DNA of 64,000 nt. Source: a virus (Duplodnaviria; Caudoviricetes). The translations under genes were made by a program, and so were the position numbers. Under the pieces are notes generated by a model. That model was not told the origin of the DNA. It saw only the letters and a program-made list of their open reading frames with translations, and made no database searches. The DNA lies in the IMG/VR virus record IMGVR_UViG_3300012665_000990, positions 1 through 64,000 of that record; one strand, 5' to 3'. Of this stretch, positions 38,442 to 46,763 are shown one piece after another. Position 1 is the first letter of the stretch; each line of letters opens with the position of its first letter.

Positions 38442-38731
38442 TGGGTAAAGGTAGTAGAGCTAGACCTTTTAGTGTTAGTCAAGAGGAATTTGCTAACAGT
38501 TTTGAAAAAATATTTGGTAAAAAGGAAAAAGATATGCAAGTAAGAGCAAATCCAAAAGGTAGTATTGGTACTTGTGGTTGTGGTCGTAGCCCAACAGGCG
38601 ATTGCTGTGGTTGGCATGGCTTAACTGAAGATCAATATAAAATTAAAAAGGGCGAGTGGGAATTAGAACAATACCAGAAACAAGCCCAAGAAACATGGAA
38701 CGACAGTTGCACTAGTGGGAGAGCAGAATGA
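38441..38731 (+). CDS. Small protein with CDGSH-like Cys/His cluster
   Basis: CGCGRSPTGDCCGWH. Confidence 0.55.
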   Translation: MGKGSRARPFSVSQEEFANSFEKIFGKKEKDMQVRANPKGSIGTCGCGRSPTGDCCGWHGLTEDQYKIKKGEWELEQYQKQAQETWNDSCTSGRAE

Positions 38732-38916
38732 AATCCTGTGTGCTAGTCAACAATCTAACTAATGAACGAACCGAATTTTTAGTTGACGGCAACGCTGTAA
38801 CTGTTAATATATATGAGAATGACCAAATAGGTGACACATTCTTTTTAGATTTTGACACTGCACAATCACTAAAAAATCATATTTTAAAAGAAACAAGCTC
38901 TAAGGAAATACAATGA
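38728..38916 (+). CDS. Hypothetical protein
   Basis: Coupled ORF. Confidence 0.55.
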   Translation: MKSCVLVNNLTNERTEFLVDGNAVTVNIYENDQIGDTFFLDFDTAQSLKNHILKETSSKEIQ

Positions 38917-39836
38917 AAGAATTATGGGTAGAAAAATATCGTCCCAAGACAGTTGACGGTTATGTCTTTAGAGACGACAACCAACGTAAGCAGGTACAAG
39001 CATGGATTAAAGAAGGTAGTATCCCACACTTGCTATTAAGTGGTAGTCCAGGTATTGGTAAGACTACGCTGGCTAAACTATTGCTCAATGAGCTTGAAAT
39101 TCCTGACTATGATATTTTAGAAATTAACGCTTCACGTGAGCGTGGTATCGACGAAGTTCGTGAACGTATTACAAACTTTATTAGTATGATGCCATTTGGC
39201 CCATTTAAAGTTGTACTATTAGATGAGGCAGATTACTTAACTCCTGCGGCTCAAGCGGCTATGCGTGGGGTTATGGAAGAATACAGTGGCACAAGTCGTT
39301 TTATTCTAACTTGTAATCACCCTAATCAAATTATTCCAGCTATTCACAGTCGTTGTCAACAATTCCACTTTGAAAAGATTGATCAAACAGAGTTTACTGC
39401 TCGTGTTGCCACAATCATGGTGGAAGAAAATGTTGAGTTTGATTTAGACACATTGGATACATTTGTTAAAGTAACTTATCCAGATTTGCGTAAGTGTATC
39501 AATATGGTGCAACAAAATATACGTGATAGTCAACTGTTAAGTCCTAATGCTAGTGATGCTGGTATGAGTGACTGGAAGATTAAAATGGTTGAGTTGTTTA
39601 AAGCAGGCGAAATTAGCAATGCACGTAAGTTAATCTGTTCAAGTGCAAGACCAGAAGAGATTGAAGGTATCTTCCGTTGGATGTATGATAACGTTGAACT
39701 GTTTAGTGACGATGAAGAAAAGCAAGACCAGGCAGTGGTCATTATTAAACAAGGTATGGTTGATCACACACTAATTGCTGATCCAGAAATTAATATGAGT
39801 GCAACACTTGTTAAGTTGGCAAAATTAAGCAAATGA
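38913..39836 (+). CDS. Clamp loader AAA+ subunit (T4 gp44/RFC-like)
   Basis: LWVEKYRP, GSPGIGKTT, INAS, DEADYL, SRC, PDLRKCIN. Confidence 0.93.
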   Translation: MKELWVEKYRPKTVDGYVFRDDNQRKQVQAWIKEGSIPHLLLSGSPGIGKTTLAKLLLNELEIPDYDILEINASRERGIDEVRERITNFISMMPFGPFKVVLLDEADYLTPAAQAAMRGVMEEYSGTSRFILTCNHPNQIIPAIHSRCQQFHFEKIDQTEFTARVATIMVEENVEFDLDTLDTFVKVTYPDLRKCINMVQQNIRDSQLLSPNASDAGMSDWKIKMVELFKAGEISNARKLICSSARPEEIEGIFRWMYDNVELFSDDEEKQDQAVVIIKQGMVDHTLIADPEINMSATLVKLAKLSK

Positions 39837-39839
39837 TGT

Positions 39840-40301
39840 ATGGAAAAGAATTCAGCTAAAGGAAGAGATAGCTACGATTCAGAAATTGGGGGCAGTGTTG
39901 TCCCCTTTTTTAATCGCAATGTGACTCCTTATCCTACTGAGGCAGGAGGTCCTAAGTTTGACCTAATACCTGTTACTAAACAAAAAGACATAATGATCAA
40001 TCATGCTAGGATGTATGCCCAGCAAGAATATGATCGTATAATGGAATTAGTAACAGTGTTGCAAAAGCAAGCAGACGATATTAAAAGAAGATTAGATGTA
40101 ACCGATGCTGTTCATTCCGCTGAATATCAATTTCAAGTAGTTATGGGCAAACACTATTGGTTAGTTTGGGATTCACGTAAAGAAAAAATGCTGTTAACGC
40201 AAAATGGCCCTGATGATTGGAGTAGTAGCCCTCCTGAAAATTACCAATATCAAACTGAGGTAAAATACATGGGTGACCATACGTGGATGGAAATAAAATA
40301 A
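39840..40301 (+). CDS. DUF2452-like hypothetical protein
   Basis: PYPTEAGGPKF, RIMELV.VLQ.Q...I..R, A.YQF..V.G..Y. Confidence 0.6.
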   Translation: MEKNSAKGRDSYDSEIGGSVVPFFNRNVTPYPTEAGGPKFDLIPVTKQKDIMINHARMYAQQEYDRIMELVTVLQKQADDIKRRLDVTDAVHSAEYQFQVVMGKHYWLVWDSRKEKMLLTQNGPDDWSSSPPENYQYQTEVKYMGDHTWMEIK

Positions 40302-40324
40302 AGCCCCAGGATTGGGGCTTTATT
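40300..40324. terminator. Bidirectional intrinsic terminator
   Basis: AAAGCCCCA-GGAT-TGGGGCTTT between convergent genes. Confidence 0.8.
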
Positions 40325-40326
40325 GT

Positions 40327-41052
40327 TTAACAATTGTCGCCGTAAATTCGTAAAATCTCTTTTACTGCGTCATGTCTCTCGATGTCCTTCTGTGCGAACT
40401 CCACTAAATCCACCCCCTTACGTGTAGTTGCGCTGTTATAGAGACTAATAAAATCTAAAAGGCCGTTTTCTGATGGTCGGTCTGCTTGTTGTAGGTCGCC
40501 GGTTACCGCCATCTTACTTCCTTCTCCCAAACGTGTGAGCAACATCTTCATCTGCGATGGTGTTGCGTTTTGCATCTCGTCTGCAATAATAAATGCGTTC
40601 TTGAAAGTTCTCCCCCTCATGTATGCCAATGGACTTATTTCTAAGATTCCGTCATCCATCATACCAGCAATCTCCTGAGTACTATAATACTCTTCGAAAA
40701 CATCAAAAATTGGCCTAGTCCACGGGGCCATTTTCTCGTTCAACGTTCCTGGTAAGAATCCGTGTTCTTCATCCACACTGACAGCCGGGCGTGTGACAAC
40801 TATCTTTTCGACAGTTTTTTCTTGCAATGCTTTAATAGCCATCTGCACACCCAATAGTGTTTTACCCGTTCCCGCAGGACCGATGGCAAATACTATATAT
40901 TTTCGTGGATTTTTTAGTAGTTCGAGGTACGTTTCCTGCGAAAAGTTTCGTGGAACTATATGAACTTGACGGTTTTTCTTTTGATACTTGTTAATCTCAA
41001 TGAGATTATTGTTATGTGAGCTATTACGCTCACGTTGTTTCGCTCTTGACAA
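40327..41052 (-). CDS. phoH: PhoH family ATPase
   Basis: GPAGTGKT, TRPAV, GFLPG, PLAYMRGRTF, DEMQN, GDLQQAD. Confidence 0.95.
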   Translation of the reverse strand: MSRAKQRERNSSHNNNLIEINKYQKKNRQVHIVPRNFSQETYLELLKNPRKYIVFAIGPAGTGKTLLGVQMAIKALQEKTVEKIVVTRPAVSVDEEHGFLPGTLNEKMAPWTRPIFDVFEEYYSTQEIAGMMDDGILEISPLAYMRGRTFKNAFIIADEMQNATPSQMKMLLTRLGEGSKMAVTGDLQQADRPSENGLLDFISLYNSATTRKGVDLVEFAQKDIERHDAVKEILRIYGDNC

Positions 41053-41161
41053 TGAACACCTCCTGTTAAGTCGCGACCTACAATACTATTTAAGAACGTA
41101 TTTTAAAACCAAGCCCATATACCCAAATTTCGTGCTAAATATTGATGAGGATTAGAATACT

Positions 41162-41683
41162 ATGCCAGATATCATTGAAGTACTTAAAAACATACAAGAA
41201 GTATATGCCGGAAATAACAATCTGGGTATACTAAAAGACTTTGAACGAGTCCTAGACGAACTAGATTTGTATGTCTACGAAAATTGGGAAGACGGTGAAC
41301 TAGTAGAAGGACCAATAGTTAATAGATATACTGTAGGTTGCAAGTTCATGTGGCCAAGAGATAAGATGCCAGATCCAGAAGGTGGTCAGCGTTTACTAGA
41401 GTACGACTGCAAAGTATCGTATAAACGTGATTACTTACTTGTTCCTCGTAAAGTTTTAAATCCTAGTGACTATCGTCCAGGAAGTAAAAAAGGTAAAATT
41501 GACAAGAAGAATGTTTGGATTGTTGAAATTATAATGCCTAAAAAATTAATGCAAGACATTTACCAAGGCTATGTCAAGAAAGAAAATGACAAGATGGGAG
41601 ATGACATGCAAATGAATACACAACGAGAAAACATGGTGCCTGATATTAACGCGGCACAAAATGCAGAGGCCGGAAATGTCTAA
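41162..41683 (+). CDS. Conserved phage hypothetical protein
   Basis: LKDFERVLDELDLYVYENWEDGELVEGP; TAAATA upstream. Confidence 0.7.
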   Translation: MPDIIEVLKNIQEVYAGNNNLGILKDFERVLDELDLYVYENWEDGELVEGPIVNRYTVGCKFMWPRDKMPDPEGGQRLLEYDCKVSYKRDYLLVPRKVLNPSDYRPGSKKGKIDKKNVWIVEIIMPKKLMQDIYQGYVKKENDKMGDDMQMNTQRENMVPDINAAQNAEAGNV

Positions 41684-42413
41684 TCAACTTAACGAAGGCC
41701 TAAAGGCAAAAGATTTAGAACACTTTGTTTCTAACTTATTTTCAGTTGACACATATCAAAGTAAGATGGGTGAAGACCGTGATGTATCTGTTGTTAGCTT
41801 TAGAGTTAAAGACAGATTGCCAGCAATGGACTTGATGGAGTTTTTAGAACGTGGGTATACATACGTTTTAGATGCAGACATTAGTAGTGGAGAAGAAAGC
41901 GATGGCAAGTATAGCGTATTTGTTGAAATAGAACGTGATAGATATTTGCCAGAACGTATTGCCGAAATGTTAGGTGGAGTTGGTCGATTAACAGGTATTA
42001 ATGAATGGCGTTACAGATACTACAAAGAATGGCGTAGTAAGGATTTTAGTATAGAGAGTATTACAGAAGACATTCCATTAGACCCAGACACATATGATAG
42101 TTTTTTACATGAAAGCAAAGTTGGTATACTTAAAGGATTTTTTGATCAATCAGTATACGATGATATTGTAATTCATGAAAACAATGTAACATTGGTTAAG
42201 CCATTTGATAACAGTATTACTTTTGAACTACAAGACGTTGGACAATACAATGAAGTAATGTCAAGAACCGAAGGTAATGTTAAGTTAGACGAACAAGCAC
42301 TTGCGGAAACAGTATACCTTAACAAGATATTTGGTGACTATGAAATCATCAAACTAAGTGAGAGTTTTTTAATAAAGAAAAATAATCACGCACTATTAAT
42401 TAAACTAATATAA
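41676..42413 (+). CDS. Hypothetical protein
   Basis: Starts MSNQLNE-G; coupled ORF. Confidence 0.7.
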   Translation: MSNQLNEGLKAKDLEHFVSNLFSVDTYQSKMGEDRDVSVVSFRVKDRLPAMDLMEFLERGYTYVLDADISSGEESDGKYSVFVEIERDRYLPERIAEMLGGVGRLTGINEWRYRYYKEWRSKDFSIESITEDIPLDPDTYDSFLHESKVGILKGFFDQSVYDDIVIHENNVTLVKPFDNSITFELQDVGQYNEVMSRTEGNVKLDEQALAETVYLNKIFGDYEIIKLSESFLIKKNNHALLIKLI

Positions 42414-42424
42414 GAGGGCGAAAT

Positions 42425-43051
42425 ATGAGTTTTACTTTTGATTTTACACTAAACAAATTTACAGAAATTATTGGGAAAAATCCTTATGCTGATCATTGGT
42501 TTGACGCATTATGTGAAATTCTTCCAGACTACGATATTAATACTCCAGAACGTGTTGCGGCTTTCCTAGCACAAACAGCACATGAGTCAGGCGGATATCG
42601 TGCTATTAAAGAAAATTTAAATTATAAAGCAGCCAGTCTACGCAAAGTATTTCCTAAATATTTCCCAACAGATGAATTGGCGGCACAGTACGCACAACAG
42701 CCAGAAAAGATTGCTAACCGTGTTTACGGAAATCGTATGGGCAATGGTCCAGAAGAATCAGGCGATGGTTTCCGTTATTGTGGTCGTGGTCTTATTCAGT
42801 TAACTGGTAAGGACAACTACACACGTTACGCACAGAGTTTGGAGATCAGTGTTGAAGAAGCACAAGAACATTTGACAACTTTTGAAGGTTGTGTACAATC
42901 AGCGGCTTGGTTCTGGGAATCAAATAACTTAAACCAGTGGGCAGACAAGGGCGACATCCTTACACTAACAAAACGCATTAACGGCGGTACAATTGGATTA
43001 GAAGATCGTATCAAGCATTATAATCATGCTTGCCATGTATTAGGAGCCTAA
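42425..43051 (+). CDS. Glycoside hydrolase family 19 endolysin
   Basis: AQTAHESGG, ENLNY, YCGRGLIQLTGKDNY, SAAWFW, TKRINGGTIGLEDR. Confidence 0.93.
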   Translation: MSFTFDFTLNKFTEIIGKNPYADHWFDALCEILPDYDINTPERVAAFLAQTAHESGGYRAIKENLNYKAASLRKVFPKYFPTDELAAQYAQQPEKIANRVYGNRMGNGPEESGDGFRYCGRGLIQLTGKDNYTRYAQSLEISVEEAQEHLTTFEGCVQSAAWFWESNNLNQWADKGDILTLTKRINGGTIGLEDRIKHYNHACHVLGA

Positions 43052-43052
43052 C

Positions 43053-43505
43053 ATGGGCCAATTTGCTTGGATGTTGAGCTTAATTCCAGATGCTGTACTT
43101 GTATTTTTAGTACACCTATGTTTAGTTACAGGTATTATATTATCTATACTTGGCACGTTTTCAAGCAAATTTCCTTTCGTTGGTGAGTATGGTCGTTTAG
43201 CAAAACTAATTGGAATACCTTTATTCTTGTTAGGAGTATTTTTTGAAGGCGGGCTTGTTACAGAAATGAAATGGCGAGCCCAAGTTGAAGAGTTACAAGC
43301 TAAAGTAAAAGTTGCCGAAGAACAAAGTAAAGAAACTAATACTGTTATTCAAACACAGTATAGAGACAAAATTAAAACTGTCAAAGAAGTTCAAGTTGTT
43401 GTACAAGAACGCATTGTTAAAGAAGCCGCAAAAATGGATGCAGAGTGCAAAATTGAACCAGAAGTTATTAATATTTTAAACCAAGCCGCAGGAGGTAAGA
43501 AATGA
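43053..43505 (+). CDS. Probable i-spanin (Rz-like)
   Basis: N-terminal TM segments followed by coiled coil; directly after the endolysin. Confidence 0.7.
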   Translation: MGQFAWMLSLIPDAVLVFLVHLCLVTGIILSILGTFSSKFPFVGEYGRLAKLIGIPLFLLGVFFEGGLVTEMKWRAQVEELQAKVKVAEEQSKETNTVIQTQYRDKIKTVKEVQVVVQERIVKEAAKMDAECKIEPEVINILNQAAGGKK

Positions 43506-43768
43506 AAAAACTATTATTAGTTGGCGCATTTGTTTTACTTTCAGGGTGTGCAACCACTGTTCCAGTTACCATGAGTTTCCCGCAGGCTCCAGAAGATTTA
43601 AAAGTTGCTTGCCCAGATTTAAAACAAACACAACCCACTACTAAATTAAGTGAAGTTGTTACAGTAGTTACTGAAAATTATGGCCAATACCAAGAATGCC
43701 AAATTAAAGTAAATGCATGGATACAATGGTACAACAGTCAAAAGAAAATATTTGAAGGTATTAAATGA
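43502..43768 (+). CDS. Probable o-spanin (Rz1-like lipoprotein)
   Basis: Lipobox LLSG-C, Pro-rich segment, CPDL ... YQEC. Confidence 0.75.
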   Translation: MKKLLLVGAFVLLSGCATTVPVTMSFPQAPEDLKVACPDLKQTQPTTKLSEVVTVVTENYGQYQECQIKVNAWIQWYNSQKKIFEGIK

Positions 43769-44166
43769 AAAAACTATTACTAATTTTATTAATAAGTTTG
43801 CTACCAGGGTGCGCTTTATATGATGCATATATCATGGCCCGCTTTGATAACAATGAATACGCATTAATTAATCGTATTCGTACTGAAGCAAATTTAGGTG
43901 CCGCCAAATGCGGAAAGCCTGAAGTCGTAGCAGTTGTAGATCATTTATGGGCAACTAGTGTAGAATTTAGAAATTACACACAAGCAATACCAAATAATCA
44001 AGAAGCAACTAAAATGGGCAGTGAGTTGGCTGAAATTGTTAAAGGGCTAAGTGATCGTTATAAAGGAACTGAGCCAGTTAGCATGATGTATTGTACTACC
44101 AAGTTTAGCAGTATTGAACGCAATGCTGTTAATATTCAAAATGTTATAGGGAAGAAACCAAGATGA
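43765..44166 (+). CDS. Lipoprotein of unknown function
   Basis: Lipobox LLPG-C; two further Cys. Confidence 0.7.
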   Translation: MKKLLLILLISLLPGCALYDAYIMARFDNNEYALINRIRTEANLGAAKCGKPEVVAVVDHLWATSVEFRNYTQAIPNNQEATKMGSELAEIVKGLSDRYKGTEPVSMMYCTTKFSSIERNAVNIQNVIGKKPR

Positions 44167-44417
44167 GCGTGGAACTAAACGAAGCATTAGCCGCAATTAA
44201 TAACACTGGCGATCCTAGTTTACAGGATTTAGCCAAACGTGCTTATGAATATAAAACAGCATTAGAGTCAGGACAACTTAGCAAAAGCGAGTACACTGAA
44301 CTAGTAACTGATTTATATCATGAGAAAAATATAAATGAAGCAGTTCAAGATTTGCAATTAAAAGAATATATTAATACAACAATGAACGCACTAATAAACT
44401 TAGCAAGTTTATATTAA
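44163..44417 (+). CDS. Small helical hypothetical protein
   Basis: Coupled ORF. Confidence 0.6.
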   Translation: MSVELNEALAAINNTGDPSLQDLAKRAYEYKTALESGQLSKSEYTELVTDLYHEKNINEAVQDLQLKEYINTTMNALINLASLY

Positions 44418-44438
44418 ATAAAAAGCAAGGAGCGAAAA

Positions 44439-44990
44439 ATGTCAGATAAAGTAGAAATGAGTGAAAGTGAAAAGAAAAAAGAAGATTGGATGAATTCTAA
44501 ATGGCGTCCTATGATGGGCTGGATGTACATGGCAGTCTGTATGATGGACTTTATTGGATTTCCAGTTTTATGGAGCTTGCTACAAGCAATGAGCAAAGGC
44601 GCAGTCAATCTACAGTGGCAACCATTGACATTACAAGGTGCTGGGTTATTCCACATCGCAATGGGTGCTGTTTTAGGACTTGCGGCTTATGGTCGTACTC
44701 AAGAAAAACTAAACGGAGCAAATAATGGCGGACTACAAATGCCAACAGGAGGCGGTACCTCATATACACCACCTAGCGCAATCCCAGCAACACCAGCACC
44801 AAGTTTTGGAAATGCACCACTGGGAGGAAACAGCGCAAGTAGTTTCACACCAGCACCAAGCTGGGGGACAACTCCAATTGCATCAACAAGCGGCTTTGGT
44901 AGCGGTGCAGGAGTTGGAGCGACAGCGACTCCAGCCGTAACAGCAAGCGGTAAGAAAATTGTACCAGATTTTGAACAACCAGTAATTTAA
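44439..44990 (+). CDS. Holin-like protein (3TM/GTA holin type)
   Basis: WRPMMGW, TM segments, AYGRTQEK; low-complexity P/S/T/G tail. Confidence 0.7.
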   Translation: MSDKVEMSESEKKKEDWMNSKWRPMMGWMYMAVCMMDFIGFPVLWSLLQAMSKGAVNLQWQPLTLQGAGLFHIAMGAVLGLAAYGRTQEKLNGANNGGLQMPTGGGTSYTPPSAIPATPAPSFGNAPLGGNSASSFTPAPSWGTTPIASTSGFGSGAGVGATATPAVTASGKKIVPDFEQPVI

Positions 44991-45002
44991 TAGGAGCAGA
45001 AT

Positions 45003-45125
45003 ATGTTAGATACATTATTTTGGGTAGCAGTAGGAGCATTTGTAGGATGGAATTTTCCACAGCCATTTTGGGCTAAGATTATTCAAGAAAAAATTCAAGC
45101 TATGATAGCTAAAAAAGGAGCATAA
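45003..45125 (+). CDS. 40-aa membrane peptide (not in ORF track)
   Basis: SD AGGAG; MLDTLFWVAVGAFVGWNFPQPFWAKIIQEKIQAMIAKKGA. Confidence 0.65.
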   Translation: MLDTLFWVAVGAFVGWNFPQPFWAKIIQEKIQAMIAKKGA

Positions 45126-45126
45126 T

Positions 45127-45342
45127 ATGAAATTGTTATTTGCATTGCTAACAAGTTTAGCATTAGTTGGCACAGCATACGCTGGCGGGGAAATGAAAGA
45201 AGTTTGTACACCAAAAGTAGACAAAGCAGGTAAAGCTGTTATGGATAAGAAAACTGGTAAGCAAGCTCAAGATTGTAAAAAAATCAAAGTTCATAAGAAA
45301 GTAGAAGGCGAAAAGGTTCCAGAGCCTGCCAAAAAGAAATAA
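45127..45342 (+). CDS. Small secreted Lys-rich protein
   Basis: Signal peptide ending AYA; two Cys; SD AGGAG. Confidence 0.65.
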   Translation: MKLLFALLTSLALVGTAYAGGEMKEVCTPKVDKAGKAVMDKKTGKQAQDCKKIKVHKKVEGEKVPEPAKKK

Positions 45343-45360
45343 TTTAATTATTTCCATTTC

Positions 45361-45399
45361 AAAAGGCAGCTTGACAGTTGCCTTTTTTTGTTATATAAT
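45361..45399 (+). terminator. Terminator hairpin with TTGACA loop serving as -35
   Basis: AAAAGGCAGC-TTGACA-GTTGCCTTTTTTT; TATAAT 17 nt after TTGACA. Confidence 0.75.
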
Positions 45400-45405
45400 T
45401 GTACT

Positions 45406-46254
45406 ATGAAAGACTATTATAAGACTCTCGGCGTTCCTCGAAACGCATCACCAGATGAAATTAAAAAGGCCTACAGAAGCAAGGCAATGAAACATCACCC
45501 TGATCGAGGCGGTGATGAAAAAGTATTCAAAGAAATTAACGAAGCACATGATATACTAAGTGATCCACAGAAAAAATCTATGTTGGATCAAGGAGTAGAT
45601 CCGCTGAATCCAAATCAAGGCGGATTTGGTAATCATGAATTCCATTTTACTACAGGCGGGATGGACGATATATTGCGTGGCTTTGGATTTAACTTTGGAT
45701 TTGGACAAGGACCAAGTTTTCAACAACGCCAACAACCAAGAAATAAATCTTTAAATGTTAATCTAACAATTAGTTTAGAAGAAGCATTTACGGGTGTTGA
45801 AAAAACAATTGAAATACAATATCCAACTGGACGTAAACAAATGAATATTACAATTCCTAAAGGAGTTGATAATGGTATGGCCATTCGTTATTCAGGAATG
45901 GGTGATGATTCAATTAGAAATATCCCTGCTGGAGATTTAACTATTAGCATCAATGTAATGCCACATCCTAAGTTTGCTAGAGAAGGTTTAAATCTTTTAA
46001 CAGATTCAAATATTGATTGCTTTGATGCAATTCTTGGTACTTCGGTAGATATTAGGACATTAGACGGTCGTGTGCTACAATTAGTTGTGCCAGCAGGAAC
46101 GCAAAGTGGAACTACTTTAGGATTGCGTAATGAGGGTATGACAGATCAAGCAGGTAATATTGGTAGGCTGTATGTCAGAGTAAATGTACAAATTCCAACT
46201 GATTTAGATTCAAATGCTATTAACATGGTTAAACATATTAAGGGTATCAAGTAA
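45406..46254 (+). CDS. DnaJ-class co-chaperone (no Zn finger, CbpA-like)
   Basis: DYYKTLGV, HPD motif, G/F region, C-terminal substrate-binding domains. Confidence 0.92.
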   Translation: MKDYYKTLGVPRNASPDEIKKAYRSKAMKHHPDRGGDEKVFKEINEAHDILSDPQKKSMLDQGVDPLNPNQGGFGNHEFHFTTGGMDDILRGFGFNFGFGQGPSFQQRQQPRNKSLNVNLTISLEEAFTGVEKTIEIQYPTGRKQMNITIPKGVDNGMAIRYSGMGDDSIRNIPAGDLTISINVMPHPKFAREGLNLLTDSNIDCFDAILGTSVDIRTLDGRVLQLVVPAGTQSGTTLGLRNEGMTDQAGNIGRLYVRVNVQIPTDLDSNAINMVKHIKGIK

Positions 46255-46763
46255 TGTTGAAAATTGTAAAACATCCAGACCCTATTTTAGAAGAAGTAAT
46301 GCCAGCATTTGATTTTGCTAATCCAATTATGGATCCCAAGCAATTGGAAACAGAGATGTTAGCAGTAATGTTTGCACATGACGGAATTGGCCTTGCCGCA
46401 CCTCAAGTGGGAATTCGAACAAGAGTTTTTACCATGGGCCATATATTAATGAAAGAACAAAGTAATGCGTACTTTAATCCTGAAGTAGTTGATGCTAGTA
46501 CTGATTTACTTGATATAGAAGAAGGGTGTTTGAGTTTCCCAACAGTTTTTGTTAAAATTAAACGACCAAGTTGGATTGTAGGTAAGTATTTTGATAGCGA
46601 AGGCAACGAGCATCAAAATAAATTTGAAGGATATGATTGTAAATGCTTTTTACACGAGCTTGATCATTTAAACGGCATCAATTTTAAAGATAGACTTTCT
46701 ACTTTAAAATGGGCCATGGCAGTTAAAAAATCTAAGAAAGTCAAAGTGAGGAACTATGCTTGA
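46254..46763 (+). CDS. def: Peptide deformylase
   Basis: GIGLAAPQVG, EEGCLS, HELDHLNG. Confidence 0.96.
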   Translation: MLKIVKHPDPILEEVMPAFDFANPIMDPKQLETEMLAVMFAHDGIGLAAPQVGIRTRVFTMGHILMKEQSNAYFNPEVVDASTDLLDIEEGCLSFPTVFVKIKRPSWIVGKYFDSEGNEHQNKFEGYDCKCFLHELDHLNGINFKDRLSTLKWAMAVKKSKKVKVRNYA

